Shown: piece by piece, positions 1-9,278 of the stretch
Position numbering within the stretch: position 1 is the stretch's first letter
Layout: each line of letters begins with the position of its first letter
Origin: Solirubrobacterales bacterium
GTDB lineage: Bacteria; Actinomycetota; Thermoleophilia; Solirubrobacterales; 70-9
Assembly (NCBI GenBank): GCA_035703345.1
Contig: DASSYK010000012.1
Span: forward strand, 1-32,568
Direction of reading: 5' to 3'
DNA: 32,568 nt
Position numbers and translations under genes: made by a program
The notes under the pieces: generated by a model
Databases searched by the model: none
Seen by the model: only the letters and a program-made list of their open reading frames with translations
What the model was told of the DNA's origin: nothing

Positions 1-148
1 TCAGGACGCGGCGCCTGCGGCGCGCGGCTCGCGCCCGTCGCTCCTGCGCAAGGCGCAGGCGGCGGTGCCTGCGGATGCGCTCCCGGTCCGGCTCGCCCGC
101 ACGCCCCGCCCGGGGCCGCGGCGGGCCCTCCATCTCATTCATCCGCCA

Positions 149-550
149 CTAGCCGGCCGCTTCCTCGCGCGCCGCGAACCCGAGGGCGTCGCTGTGCTTG
201 AGGAAGAAGTCGGTTCGGCGCACGCGGTCGCCGCGGAAGCTGACTACGACGGTGAACTCGAGCCGGCCGCCCAGTCCGCTGGTGGCTCCGTGGGCGTTCC
301 AGCTGCCGCGCTCGATCAGCAGGTCAGGGGCGAACATCTCGGGTTCGCCGATCCGCTCGTAGCGGAGATCGCTCCAGGGCTCCAGGAACTGCTCGAGGAA
401 GCCCATCTGCGCATCCCGGTCGCGGTATTCGCCCCCACCGGGCCAGCGAACGTCCGTGCGCAACACGAAGTCCTCCGTCGTCGTCGCATAGAAGCCTGCC
501 CAGTCCCGGCGATTGAACGCCTCCATGGCCTCGGCCATCACTCGCGCCAT
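149..550 (-). CDS. SnoaL-like / NTF2-fold family protein (133 aa)
   Basis: Inner part of ORF 149..691. I chose the ATG at 550 (MARVMAEAMEAFNRRDW...), which lies 39 nt after the fadD stop and has a G-rich SD-like run upstream. The N-terminal EAFNRRD motif and the C-terminal ...VVVSFRGDRVRRTDFF... pattern are typical of SnoaL_2/NTF2-like proteins. Confidence 0.6.
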   Translation of the reverse strand: MARVMAEAMEAFNRRDWAGFYATTTEDFVLRTDVRWPGGGEYRDRDAQMGFLEQFLEPWSDLRYERIGEPEMFAPDLLIERGSWNAHGATSGLGGRLEFTVVVSFRGDRVRRTDFFLKHSDALGFAAREEAAG

Positions 551-588
551 CTCGTCCCGTCGGCCCCCCGCCTCGGGGACCGGCCCGC

Positions 589-2403
589 TCACTCGCCGTA
601 GAGCTCCTCGATCTCCTTCGCGTACTTCTCCGAGATCGGCTTGCGCTTCAGCTTCATCGTCGGGGTCAGCTCGTCGCCGCCGGGCTCCCACTCGGTCTCG
701 AGGATCTTGAACTTCTTGATCTGCTCGACTCGCGCCATCTTCTCGTTGGCGGCGTCAACGGCCGCCTGGATCGCCTCGCGGACCTTCCCCTCGGTGGCGA
801 GCTCCTCGACCGGCTTGCCCTCGAGCCCGTTCTGGGCGGCCCAGACGGGCGCGTAATCGGGATCGAGCACGATCAGGGCGACGTTGTAGGGACGCTGGTC
901 CCCGATCGCCGCCGCCTGTCCGATGAGCGGGCTGGCGCTCTTCAGGTGCGACTCGATGTTCGCCGGCGACATGTTCTTGCCGGCCGCGTTGATGATCAGC
1001 TCCTTCTTGCGGTCGACGATCCTGAGGTAGCCCTCCTCGTCGAGCTCGCCGATGTCTCCGGTGAGCAGCCAGCCGTCCTCCGCGAAGGTCTCGGCGGTCT
1101 TCTCCGGCAGGTTGCGGTAGCCGGGCATGACGGAGTCGGCCTTGACCATCACCTCGCCGTCCTCCGCTAGGCGGATCTCGACCCCCGGCACCGGCGGACC
1201 GACGGTCCCCAGCTTCGCCTTGCCCGGCTGGTTGCAGGTGGCGACGCCGCAGGTCTCGGACATGCCCCAGAGCTCTCCGATCGGCAGGCCGATCGCGTGG
1301 AAGAACTCGAGCACCTCCACGGGCGTGGGCGCGGCGCCGACGTTGACGGCGACGCACTCGTCGAGCCCGAGCTGCTTGCGCAGGGGCGCGAACATCTGCT
1401 CGTCGGCCTGGGCGACCGCGGAGGCGAGCGCCTTGGGCACCTCCTTGCCCGCCTGCTCGAGGCGGACCTTCTGCTTCGCGGCCTCGATGCCCTTCTCCGC
1501 GGGCTCGCGGGCCCCCGCCGGCAGACCGTGGAACGTCGCCTCGAGCCCCGCCTTGAGCTTCTCCCAGACGCGGGGCACGGCGAAGAACCAGGTCGGGTGC
1601 ACAGCGGCGAGCGACTCCGTGATCTTGCGCGGGTCGGGGCAGATCGTCACAGACACGCCCTGGATCACGGGCAGGTAGTAGTGCGCCCCGCGCTCTGCGA
1701 TGTGCGCGGCCGGCAGCCAGGAGATCACCTTGGCTCCGCGCTCGGGCAGGTTGAGGATGCCGTCCACACCGGCGACCAGGGTCATCAGGTTGCGGTGGGT
1801 GAGCTGGACGCCCTTCGGCGGCCCGGTGGTCCCCGACGTGTAGATCAGGGTCAGCATGTCGTCGGGCTCGAGCTCCTCGACGATGCCGGCGGGATCGAAG
1901 TCCGGGTCCATCTCCTCGATCTCGGCCAGGGTGTGCTCGCCCCCGTCGCCGTCGACGACGATCAGGTGCTCGAGGTCGGGCAGGTTCTCGCGCGCCTTGT
2001 TGAACTGCTCGAGGAACGCCTTCTCGACGATCGCCACCTTGCTGCCGGCGTCGGAGCAGACGTACTGGATCTGCTCGGGTGAGGAGGTCTGGTAGATCGA
2101 GTAGGGGACCGCTCCGAGGGAGACCGCGGCCATGTCGCAGGGGATGAACTCGGGCCGGTTGTTGAGCATGAGCGCGACGGTGTCGCCCTTTCCCACGCCG
2201 AGCTTCGCCAGACCGCCCGCGATGCGGTGCACGCGGTCGCGCAGGTCGTTCCAGCTGATCGTGTACGAGTCGTCCTCGGTGCGGATCGCGACGTCGTCGC
2301 CGAGCTTCTCGACGGACATGTAGAAGGCCTTGACGAGATTGGGTGCGTGCAGCTCCCCGAGCCCGCCCCCGCTCGCGTAGCGCTCCGTCGTAGTCACTTC
2401 CAC
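589..2403 (-). CDS. fadD: AMP-forming long-chain fatty acyl-CoA ligase (604 aa)
   Basis: Contains the AMP-binding signature LIYTSGTTGPPKGV and the motif GWLLTGDIGELDEEGYLRIVDRKKELI. The start is GTG at 2403, preceded by GGAGGAGAGGAG. Confidence 0.85.
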   Translation of the reverse strand: MEVTTTERYASGGGLGELHAPNLVKAFYMSVEKLGDDVAIRTEDDSYTISWNDLRDRVHRIAGGLAKLGVGKGDTVALMLNNRPEFIPCDMAAVSLGAVPYSIYQTSSPEQIQYVCSDAGSKVAIVEKAFLEQFNKARENLPDLEHLIVVDGDGGEHTLAEIEEMDPDFDPAGIVEELEPDDMLTLIYTSGTTGPPKGVQLTHRNLMTLVAGVDGILNLPERGAKVISWLPAAHIAERGAHYYLPVIQGVSVTICPDPRKITESLAAVHPTWFFAVPRVWEKLKAGLEATFHGLPAGAREPAEKGIEAAKQKVRLEQAGKEVPKALASAVAQADEQMFAPLRKQLGLDECVAVNVGAAPTPVEVLEFFHAIGLPIGELWGMSETCGVATCNQPGKAKLGTVGPPVPGVEIRLAEDGEVMVKADSVMPGYRNLPEKTAETFAEDGWLLTGDIGELDEEGYLRIVDRKKELIINAAGKNMSPANIESHLKSASPLIGQAAAIGDQRPYNVALIVLDPDYAPVWAAQNGLEGKPVEELATEGKVREAIQAAVDAANEKMARVEQIKKFKILETEWEPGGDELTPTMKLKRKPISEKYAKEIEELYGE

Positions 2404-2488
2404 CTGCGTCTCCTCTCCTCCGCGTTGCGGCGGGACGAAAGCTACCGCAGCGGTCTGCCCTGAGGCGGGGCGGCAGCGGGCACGTTGC

Positions 2489-3715
2489 CTAGCGGACCCC
2501 GAAGCCCTCGCCGCTGATGCGGTCGATGTCGTTGCTGAGCCCGATGAAGAAGAGCATCAGGATCAGCACGAAGCCGATCGCGCCGCTGCGCTCCATCACC
2601 GAGAACGGGACGCGCTCGCCGCGGAGCTTCTCGACCACGGACCAGAAGATGTGCCCGCCGTCGAGGGGCAGGAAGGGGAAGAGGTTGATGATCGCGAGCG
2701 AGAGGCTGATCAGTCCGAGGATGAAGATCGCCAGCTCGGCGTCGAAGTCGATCGCCTGGCGCGTCGTCTCGTAGCCGCCGACGACGCTGCCGATCTGCTC
2801 GCGCTGCTGGGGGTCGATCAGCTTGGCGGGGATCTTCGCCGTCTCGCGGGTGATGATCCACATCTGGCCTATCGCGGTGTCGGCCGCCTCGAGCATCGAC
2901 GGGTTGACCGGGCTCACGTCGGTGGGGTCGAACTGGACGCCCATCAGCATCCGGTCCGCCTCCTGGTCGTACTTGGGCGTCACGAGCTCTGTCACCCGGC
3001 GCCCGTCCCGCTCGACCACCACGGTGACCGGTGAGGAGGCCGAGCAACCGTTCTCCTCGCCCTGGGGGCAGGTGTGGGTGTTGGTCTGATCGCGGAACTC
3101 GTCGGCGCGGTCGTCTCCCTCGAGGTTCGCCGCCGCGACGCCGTCGATGGACACGACCTTGTCACCCTCCTGGAGCTTGCCCTCGGCCGGCGACTCGCTC
3201 GAGATCGCCTCGATCTCGAGAGTCGGGCCGGTGATCTCCTCGGCGCCGAACGCGAGCCCGAAGAAGATCGCGAAGGCGATCAGGACGTTGACGGCGGGCC
3301 CCGCCGCGATCACGACGATCCGCTTCCAGACGGGCTGGTTGTAGTACGCGCGATCGACGATCTCGGGCTTCAGGCGGCCGTCCGGCAGACGGTCGTCGGA
3401 GGGGTTCTGGCCCGCGGACTCGATCCGGTTCAGGAGGTCGTTCGGCGTATCCCCCTCCTCTTCCGGGCCCTCCCTCTTCGGCGGCTTGGGCTCGAGGTCG
3501 TCGGGGTTCATCCCGGTGATCTTCACGAAGCCCCCCGCGGGGATCGCCCCGATCCCGTACTCGGTCTCGCCGCGCTTGAAGCTCCACACCTTCGGCGGGA
3601 AGAAGAGGAAGAAGCGCTCGACCCGCATCCCGGTCCACTTGGCGACGATGAAGTGCCCGAACTCGTGCAGGATGATCAGGACGGCGAAGCCGGCGAAGGC
3701 GAGCAGCCAGCTCAT
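2489..3715 (-). CDS. rseP: RIP zinc metalloprotease RseP / site-2 protease, M50 family (408 aa)
   Basis: HEFGH zinc motif in TM1, a PDZ-like middle region and NLFPFLPLDGGH near the C-terminus. The start is the ATG at 3715, which overlaps the dxr stop (ATGA). The 77 Arg/Gly-rich residues upstream in the ORF track were discarded. Confidence 0.85.
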   Translation of the reverse strand: MSWLLAFAGFAVLIILHEFGHFIVAKWTGMRVERFFLFFPPKVWSFKRGETEYGIGAIPAGGFVKITGMNPDDLEPKPPKREGPEEEGDTPNDLLNRIESAGQNPSDDRLPDGRLKPEIVDRAYYNQPVWKRIVVIAAGPAVNVLIAFAIFFGLAFGAEEITGPTLEIEAISSESPAEGKLQEGDKVVSIDGVAAANLEGDDRADEFRDQTNTHTCPQGEENGCSASSPVTVVVERDGRRVTELVTPKYDQEADRMLMGVQFDPTDVSPVNPSMLEAADTAIGQMWIITRETAKIPAKLIDPQQREQIGSVVGGYETTRQAIDFDAELAIFILGLISLSLAIINLFPFLPLDGGHIFWSVVEKLRGERVPFSVMERSGAIGFVLILMLFFIGLSNDIDRISGEGFGVR

Positions 3716-4866
3716 GCGACCGCCAGTCCCTCGATCAGCCCGCGGGCATGCTCGCGGGCGCGTAGGTCGGTCTCGAAGAGCTGCTCGAAGTGCGACGCGG
3801 GCTCGGCCGGGATGTCCCCGAGGCAGCGCTCGACCACCTCGGCGATCCCGGTGAAGGGGATGCGCCCGCCCAGGAACGCCTCGACCGCGACCTCGTCGGC
3901 GGCGTTCAGAACGCAGGGCCCGGTGCCGCCGGCCTCCCCCGCCCACCGGGCGAGCCGCAGGCAGGCGAACGTGTCCGTGTCGGGCTCCTGGAAGGTCAGC
4001 TCGCCGACGCTCGCGAGGTCGAGCGCCGGCACGGCGACGTCGGCGCGCTCGGGATGGTGGAGCGCGTAGGAGATCGGCACCCGCATGTCGGGGTAGCCGA
4101 GGTGGGCGAGTGACGCGCCGTCGTTCAGGTGCACGAGCGAGTGGACGATCGACTGCGGATGGACGACGACGTCGATGTCGTCGTAGGGCACGCCGAAGAG
4201 GTGGTGGGCCTCAATCATCTCGAAGCCCTTGTTCATCAGGGTCGCGGAGTCGATCGTGATCCGGCCGCCCATCTCCCAGGTGGGGTGCGCCAGCGCGTCG
4301 GCCGCGCTGATGCCGGCGAGGTCGGTGCGGCCGCGGAAGGGCCCGCCTGATGCGGTGAGGACGAGCTTGGTGACGGTGCCGGGCGGCTCGGCGCGGATCA
4401 GCTGGTGCAGCGCGGAATGCTCCGAGTCGACGGGGATCAGGCGGGCGCCCGTGGCCTCCGAGAGCGCGGTCACCAGCTCGCCGCCGATCACCAGCGACTC
4501 CTTGTTGGCCAGCGCGACGTCGATCCCCTCGGTGAGCGCGACGATCGTCGGGCCGAGACCTGCCGCTCCGACGATCGCGTTCAGCACGAGGTCGGCGCCG
4601 GCCGAGTCGATCAGGGCGCGGATCCCCTCCTCCCCGGGCAGCACGCGGCCGTTCCAGGCGGCGCCGGCCAGCTCGGCGGCCTCCGGGTCGGCGAGGGCCA
4701 CGGCGGGCACGCCGTACTCCCGCGCCTGCTCCAGCAGCGGCTCCCAGCTCGACCCGGCCGAGAGGCCGGCGACCTGGAGCGTTCCACCGCTCGTGGCGAC
4801 GACTTCGAGCGCCTGGGTGCCGATCGAGCCTGTCGATCCGAGTATCAGGACCTTCTTCGTGCTCAC
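3712..4866 (-). CDS. dxr: 1-deoxy-D-xylulose-5-phosphate reductoisomerase (384 aa)
   Basis: N-terminal VLILGSTGSIGTQALEVV NADPH-binding motif and Dxr-like sequence along the full length. GTG start at 4866. Confidence 0.95.
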   Translation of the reverse strand: MSTKKVLILGSTGSIGTQALEVVATSGGTLQVAGLSAGSSWEPLLEQAREYGVPAVALADPEAAELAGAAWNGRVLPGEEGIRALIDSAGADLVLNAIVGAAGLGPTIVALTEGIDVALANKESLVIGGELVTALSEATGARLIPVDSEHSALHQLIRAEPPGTVTKLVLTASGGPFRGRTDLAGISAADALAHPTWEMGGRITIDSATLMNKGFEMIEAHHLFGVPYDDIDVVVHPQSIVHSLVHLNDGASLAHLGYPDMRVPISYALHHPERADVAVPALDLASVGELTFQEPDTDTFACLRLARWAGEAGGTGPCVLNAADEVAVEAFLGGRIPFTGIAEVVERCLGDIPAEPASHFEQLFETDLRAREHARGLIEGLAVA

Positions 4867-4900
4867 GGGCGCCCAGTGTAGGGGCGACCCTTACGCCGCT

Positions 4901-5494
4901 CTAACCGCCGTCGCGCTTGCTGTACAGCTTGCCGCCGGCGAAGCAGAGCGTGAAGCGGTCGTCCTGGATCAGGCCCTCGCCCGACTCGTTGTAGTAGAGA
5001 CAGGCGGATGGCCCGAGGCTCGAGACGAAGCGCTTCACCTCGTCGGGCTCGCCGAGCCTCGCCACCACGGCGGCTCGGGTCTCGCCGAGACGTACCGAGT
5101 CGAACTCGCGCTGGGTGATCGCGTTCGACGGCTCGATCTCCTCGACCTCGTCGACGATGGCCGCGATCAGCAGTCCGCAGCCGCCCATCAGGAGCAGCAG
5201 CACGACGGCGGCGGCCACCAGGCCGACGATCAGCCCCGTGTTCTGCGTGTAGGAGCGGCCGCAGTTGGGGCACTCGGACGCGAAGGTCTCGGCCTCGGCG
5301 CCGCAGCGCCTGCAGACCCGCGTCGGCGGTGGCACCGCCTCGCCCATCGGCGCGTCCGGGGCCACGAGCGGCCCCATGCGCAGCGTCCAGGCCTTGCCGT
5401 CCCACCACCGGGCGCGCCCGGTGCGCAGCGGATCGGGGTAGTAACCGGCCTTCGCCCCGCGCCGCGGCGGGGGCAGGCCCTCGAGGGACGTCAT
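4901..5494 (-). CDS. Membrane protein with a DUF2510-like N-terminus, a CxxC...CxxC zinc ribbon, one TM helix and a small extracytoplasmic domain (197 aa)
   Basis: GYYPDP...RWWDGKAWT motif (DUF2510-type), CRRCGAEAETFASECPNCG zinc ribbon, hydrophobic stretch LIVGLVAAAVVLLLLMGGCGLLIAAI, and a C-terminal domain of about 80 aa. Confidence 0.6.
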   Translation of the reverse strand: MTSLEGLPPPRRGAKAGYYPDPLRTGRARWWDGKAWTLRMGPLVAPDAPMGEAVPPPTRVCRRCGAEAETFASECPNCGRSYTQNTGLIVGLVAAAVVLLLLMGGCGLLIAAIVDEVEEIEPSNAITQREFDSVRLGETRAAVVARLGEPDEVKRFVSSLGPSACLYYNESGEGLIQDDRFTLCFAGGKLYSKRDGG

Positions 5495-5533
5495 CGCCGC
5501 GAGGCTAACGCACGGGGATGCCCCGCAGGACGC

Positions 5534-5559
5534 GGACGGGGGCCCGCAGGCCCCCGTCC
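5534..5559 (-). terminator. Perfect 11-bp GC-rich hairpin (GGACGGGGGCC-N4-GGCCCCCGTCC) downstream of the 5587..6111 gene. It has no U-tract.
   Basis: The inverted repeat was read directly and lies 28 nt after the stop codon. Because there is no T-run, its role as a terminator is uncertain. Confidence 0.35.
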
Positions 5560-5586
5560 ACCCCGTCTGGGTTCAGCCGTCCCCGC

Positions 5587-6111
5587 CTAACGGACCTGGA
5601 AGGCGGAGAGCTGGAACTGATGCACCCGCAGGTCGCCGGCGTTCTCGTTGCAGGCGACGGAGATCTGGTGCTTGCCGCCGAGCGGCGGGGTGACGATGTT
5701 GATCCCCGTGCCCGTGCCGTGCTCGCCCGTGTGAGTCTGCGGCTCGACGCGGACTGTCGTGCCCGCGATCGGGTTGTTGTCGGCCTCGAGGCGGCAGTCG
5801 CCGCGAGAAGCGCCGCCGACGGAGTCGAAGACGCCGTCGAACGAGACGTACCACTTGCGCGGGAAGCCGCTCGAGCCGTCGACCGCGACCGTCGCGCAGT
5901 CGGTGTACGTCGCCGCCGCGTTCGGGTTGCAGTCCGTGCCCGATGCCGTCTTGCTGTACGGCAGGACCTTGAGCCTGGCGTCCTTGCTGAGGCCCTTGTA
6001 CTCGACCTTCTTCTTGGTGGCCGCGTAGGCGCCGCCGCCGAGGGCGGCGAAGAGGGCCACCAGGGCGATGATCATCGCCGGCGAGGGGCGCTTCTGGAAC
6101 AGCTTGCTCAT
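5587..6111 (-). CDS. Hypothetical exported or membrane-anchored protein (174 aa)
   Basis: The ATG at 6111 is preceded by the strong SD GGAAGGGAGAG. The N-terminal signal/anchor is KRPSPAMIIALVALFAALGGGAYAA, and the mature part contains four Cys residues. I recognised no family. Confidence 0.5.
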   Translation of the reverse strand: MSKLFQKRPSPAMIIALVALFAALGGGAYAATKKKVEYKGLSKDARLKVLPYSKTASGTDCNPNAAATYTDCATVAVDGSSGFPRKWYVSFDGVFDSVGGASRGDCRLEADNNPIAGTTVRVEPQTHTGEHGTGTGINIVTPPLGGKHQISVACNENAGDLRVHQFQLSAFQVR

Positions 6112-6243
6112 CTGACTCTCCCTTCCTGACGTTGCGAGCATCCTTCACGTAACAGGCCCGAGCGGCGAAGTTGCGCCACGCGGCGATGGCGGCGCAGAGT
6201 GAGCCCGGCGGCCTTCGCTGCTGGGTTTCGTCCCGCCGCCCGC

Positions 6244-7284
6244 CTAGTAGACGAAGGCGACCGCGAGGTAGTAGCCCGCGACCACCGTGAAGAGGACGGC
6301 GTCGAGGCGGTCTATGAGGCCGCCGTGGGGGCCGAAGAGGGTGCCGGTGTCCTTGACGTCGAAGTCGCGCTTGATCAGGGAGGCGAAGAGGTCGCCGATC
6401 GGGGCGACGGCGGCGACGACCATGCCCATCAGGAGGGCATCGATGCCGGGCAGCCAGTCCTGGTAGAGGCCGGCGAACCAGAAGCCGAGGGTGCCGCCCA
6501 CGAAGCCGCCGATGAGGCCCTCCAGGGTCTTGTTCGGGGAGATGCGCGGGGTGATCCTGCGCGAGCCGAACAGGCGGCCGGCGCCGTAGGCGGCCGTGTC
6601 GCCGAGGAAGGTGGCCACCAGGACGTCGACCAGCAGGGCGCCGCCGTGGTCGGGCAGGTCGCGCAGCAGCATCGCGTGCGAGAAGCCGAGGCCGAACCAG
6701 GTGATCCCCAGCACGGTGATCGCCATCGAGACGGTCACGCCCTCGTGCGAGTTCCGGGCGGCGGCGAAGATGAAGATCGCGGGGAGCGAGCACGCGAACA
6801 CCAGGAGGATCTGGAAGGCCGTGCCGTAGTGCGCGGCGATGACCATTCCCGCGACCGCGGCGTACGCGGGCAGCACCATTGGGATCGAGCCCGCGGCCAT
6901 CCGGAAGAGCTCGCGGAGGGCGAGCACCCCGAGGCCGACCATGGCGAGCATGAAGACCTCCCCGCCGACGGCGACGATGAAGATCGCGAAGGCGATCCAG
7001 GGGATCGCCACCAGCACGCGCTGCGCGGTCTCGCCCCTGGCGAACGGGAGCCTGCGCCACAGGGGCGGCTTGCGCTGGCCGGCGCCGGCGCCGACCGTGA
7101 TCTCGGGGCCCTGGCCGGCCGAGGGGAACTGCGGGATCTCGAGCTCCTCGTCGGACTCCTCGTCCAGGCGCACCTCGAAGTCCCCGGCCTCGTCGGCGGC
7201 GGCCTCCTCCATCTCGGCACGCCGGCGGCGGGCGCCGCGGCCGAACTGGAAGCTCGGGGGATCGAGGTCGTCGAGCGGGTTCAT
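6244..7284 (-). CDS. cdsA: Phosphatidate cytidylyltransferase (CDP-diglyceride synthase), 346 aa with an N-terminal extension
   Basis: CTP_transf_1 signature SLIKRDFDVKDTGTLFGPHGGLIDRLD and multiple TM helices. The ATG at 7284 overlaps the uppS stop (ATGA). Confidence 0.85.
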   Translation of the reverse strand: MNPLDDLDPPSFQFGRGARRRRAEMEEAAADEAGDFEVRLDEESDEELEIPQFPSAGQGPEITVGAGAGQRKPPLWRRLPFARGETAQRVLVAIPWIAFAIFIVAVGGEVFMLAMVGLGVLALRELFRMAAGSIPMVLPAYAAVAGMVIAAHYGTAFQILLVFACSLPAIFIFAAARNSHEGVTVSMAITVLGITWFGLGFSHAMLLRDLPDHGGALLVDVLVATFLGDTAAYGAGRLFGSRRITPRISPNKTLEGLIGGFVGGTLGFWFAGLYQDWLPGIDALLMGMVVAAVAPIGDLFASLIKRDFDVKDTGTLFGPHGGLIDRLDAVLFTVVAGYYLAVAFVY

Positions 7285-7943
7285 CGGGCCCCGAAGCGCC
7301 GCTGGCGCTCCTCGTAGTCCGCGAGCGCGGCCTGGAAGGCCTCGCGGCTGAAGTCCGGCCAGAGCTCGTCGCGGAAGACGAACTCCGAGTAGGCGCACTG
7401 CCACAGGAGGTAGTTGGAGAGCCGCTGCTCGCCGCTGGTGCGGATCAGGAGGTCCGGATCGTGCATCTCGGGCGCGTACAGGTGCTTGACGAACTCCTCC
7501 TCCCCCCCGCCCTCGTACTTCGCGGCGGCGTCGAGGATCTCCGCGCGCCCACCGTAGTTGAAGGCCACGAAGAGGGTGATGCGCTCGTTGCCGGCCGTCT
7601 CCGATTCGGCCCAGTCCATCTGGCGCTGGAGGTCTGCCGACACGCCCTCGCGGCGGCCGATGAAGCGCATCCGCACGCCCTCCTCCTTCAGCTCGGGCGT
7701 CTCGCTGTGGATCCGCTCGAGGAACATCGCCATCAGGCCCTCGACCTCCTCCCGCGGGCGCGACCAGTTCTCGGTCGAGAACGAGTACACGGTCAGCTCC
7801 TTGATCCCGAACTCGGCGGCGTCGCGCAGCCGCGCCTTGACCGCGTCGGCGCCCGCCCGGTGACCCTCCACCACGGGCAGGTCGCGGGCCTGGGCCCAGC
7901 GGCCGTTGCCATCCGTGATGATCGCGACGTATCGGGCGGGCAT
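7281..7943 (-). CDS. uppS: Isoprenyl transferase / undecaprenyl-diphosphate synthase (220 aa)
   Basis: Motifs VAIITDGNGRWA and RTSGEQRLSNYLLWQCAYSEFVF. Confidence 0.93.
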   Translation of the reverse strand: MPARYVAIITDGNGRWAQARDLPVVEGHRAGADAVKARLRDAAEFGIKELTVYSFSTENWSRPREEVEGLMAMFLERIHSETPELKEEGVRMRFIGRREGVSADLQRQMDWAESETAGNERITLFVAFNYGGRAEILDAAAKYEGGGEEEFVKHLYAPEMHDPDLLIRTSGEQRLSNYLLWQCAYSEFVFRDELWPDFSREAFQAALADYEERQRRFGAR

Positions 7944-7959
7944 GGAAGGAGCCTCGGGC

Positions 7960-8526
7960 CTAGACCTCGAGGATCTCCTCTTCCTTGCCCTTGAGGAGGT
8001 TGTCGATCTCGGTGATCGCGTCGTCGGTCTGCTTCTGCAGCCCGGTCTCGGCGCGGTGCTCCTCGTCAGACCCCGCCTCGCCCTCCTTCTTGAGCTCGCG
8101 CAGGTCGTGCATGACGTCGCGCCGGATGTTGCGGATGGCGACGCGCCCGTCCTCGGCGACGCCGTGGACGACCTTCACCAGCTCCCTGCGCCTTTCCTCG
8201 GTCAGCTCCGGGATGGAGAGGCGGATGACGTTGCCGTCGTTGGACGGTGTGAGGCCGAGATCGGACTCCATCACCGCCTTCTCGATCGCGCTGATCGAGG
8301 ACTTGTCGTACGGCGTGACCGTGAGCATGCGCGCGTCGGTCGCAGCGACCTGTGCGAGCTGCTTGAGCGGGGACTCGGTGCCGTAGTAATCGACCGAGAT
8401 GCGATCGAGCAGGTGCGGCGAGGCGCGCCCCGTGCGGACCGTGGCGAGCTCGTTGCGGGTCGCTTCGACCGACTTGCCCATGCGCTCCGAGGCGTCGTCC
8501 AGCAGCTCGTCTATCAGCTCCGTCAT
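7960..8526 (-). CDS. frr: Ribosome recycling factor (188 aa)
   Basis: RRF-like along the full length (…[16 protein letters not shown]…). The ATG overlaps the pyrH stop (ATGA). Confidence 0.95.
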   Translation of the reverse strand: MTELIDELLDDASERMGKSVEATRNELATVRTGRASPHLLDRISVDYYGTESPLKQLAQVAATDARMLTVTPYDKSSISAIEKAVMESDLGLTPSNDGNVIRLSIPELTEERRRELVKVVHGVAEDGRVAIRNIRRDVMHDLRELKKEGEAGSDEEHRAETGLQKQTDDAITEIDNLLKGKEEEILEV

Positions 8527-9275
8527 GGCGTGCTCACGGGGTCGGTCGCGGGCTTGCTCGACACCAGCGTCCCCACCCTCTCTCCGCTGACGATCCTATC
8601 TATGTTGCGCTCGTCGGCCATGTTGAAGACGTAGATCGGCAGGTCGTTGTCCATGCACAGCGACAGAGCCGTGGAGTCCATCACCTTGAGCCCCCGCTCG
8701 ATCGCCTGGCGGTGGCTGATCTCGGGCAGGAACGTCGCGTCCGGGTCGGTCGAGGGATCGGCGTCGTAGACGCCCTCCACCCCGTTCTTCGCCATCAGGA
8801 TCGCCTCGGCGTGGATCTCGAGCGCGCGCAGGGCCGCCGCGGTGTCCGTCGTGAAGAACGGATTGCCCGTGCCGGCGGCGAAGATCACGACCCGCTCCTT
8901 CTCCAGGTGGCGGATCGCCCGGCGCCGGATGTAGGGCTCGGCGACCTCGGTCACCGCCATCGCCGACATCACCCTGGTGTTGACGCCCACGTTCTCGAGC
9001 GCGTCCTGCAGGGTCAGCCCGTTGAGCACGGTCGCGAGCATCCCCATGTAGTCGGCGGTCGCGCGGTCCATCCCCTCCGCGGCCCCCTCGAGGCCGCGGT
9101 AGATGTTGCCCGCGCCGACCACGATCGCCACCTCGATCCCCTTGTCGTGGACGTCGCGGACCTGCTTCGCGATCCGCTCGATCTGGGCCGGGTCGGTCCC
9201 GTACGGCAGCGAGCCCATCAACGCCTCGCCGGACAGCTTCAGGAGCACTCGCTTGAAGCGGGGCTCGGCCGCCAC
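8523..9275 (-). CDS. pyrH: UMP kinase (250 aa)
   Basis: Motifs [11 protein letters not shown] and [13 protein letters not shown] start at 9275. Confidence 0.95.
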   Translation of the reverse strand: MAAEPRFKRVLLKLSGEALMGSLPYGTDPAQIERIAKQVRDVHDKGIEVAIVVGAGNIYRGLEGAAEGMDRATADYMGMLATVLNGLTLQDALENVGVNTRVMSAMAVTEVAEPYIRRRAIRHLEKERVVIFAAGTGNPFFTTDTAAALRALEIHAEAILMAKNGVEGVYDADPSTDPDATFLPEISHRQAIERGLKVMDSTALSLCMDNDLPIYVFNMADERNIDRIVSGERVGTLVSSKPATDPVSTP

Positions 9276-9278
9276 GAG

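Noticed and set aside
1-142. A possible minus-strand gene start at the left edge: the ATG at 142 gives MNEMEGPPRPRAGRAGEPDRERIRRHRRLRLAQERRARAARRRRRVL... and runs off the window.
   Set aside because: Only 47 codons are visible, they are extremely Arg-rich, and they carry no recognisable motif. The frame lies 6 nt after the SnoaL-like stop and could be real, but the evidence is too thin to report it as a feature.
6172-6243. A hairpin (CCCGGCGGCC-ttcg... CTGCTGGG) downstream of cdsA, considered as a terminator.
   Set aside because: The stem needs two G-U pairs that exist only in a plus-strand transcript. On the minus (coding) strand they become C-A mismatches, and there is no U-tract.
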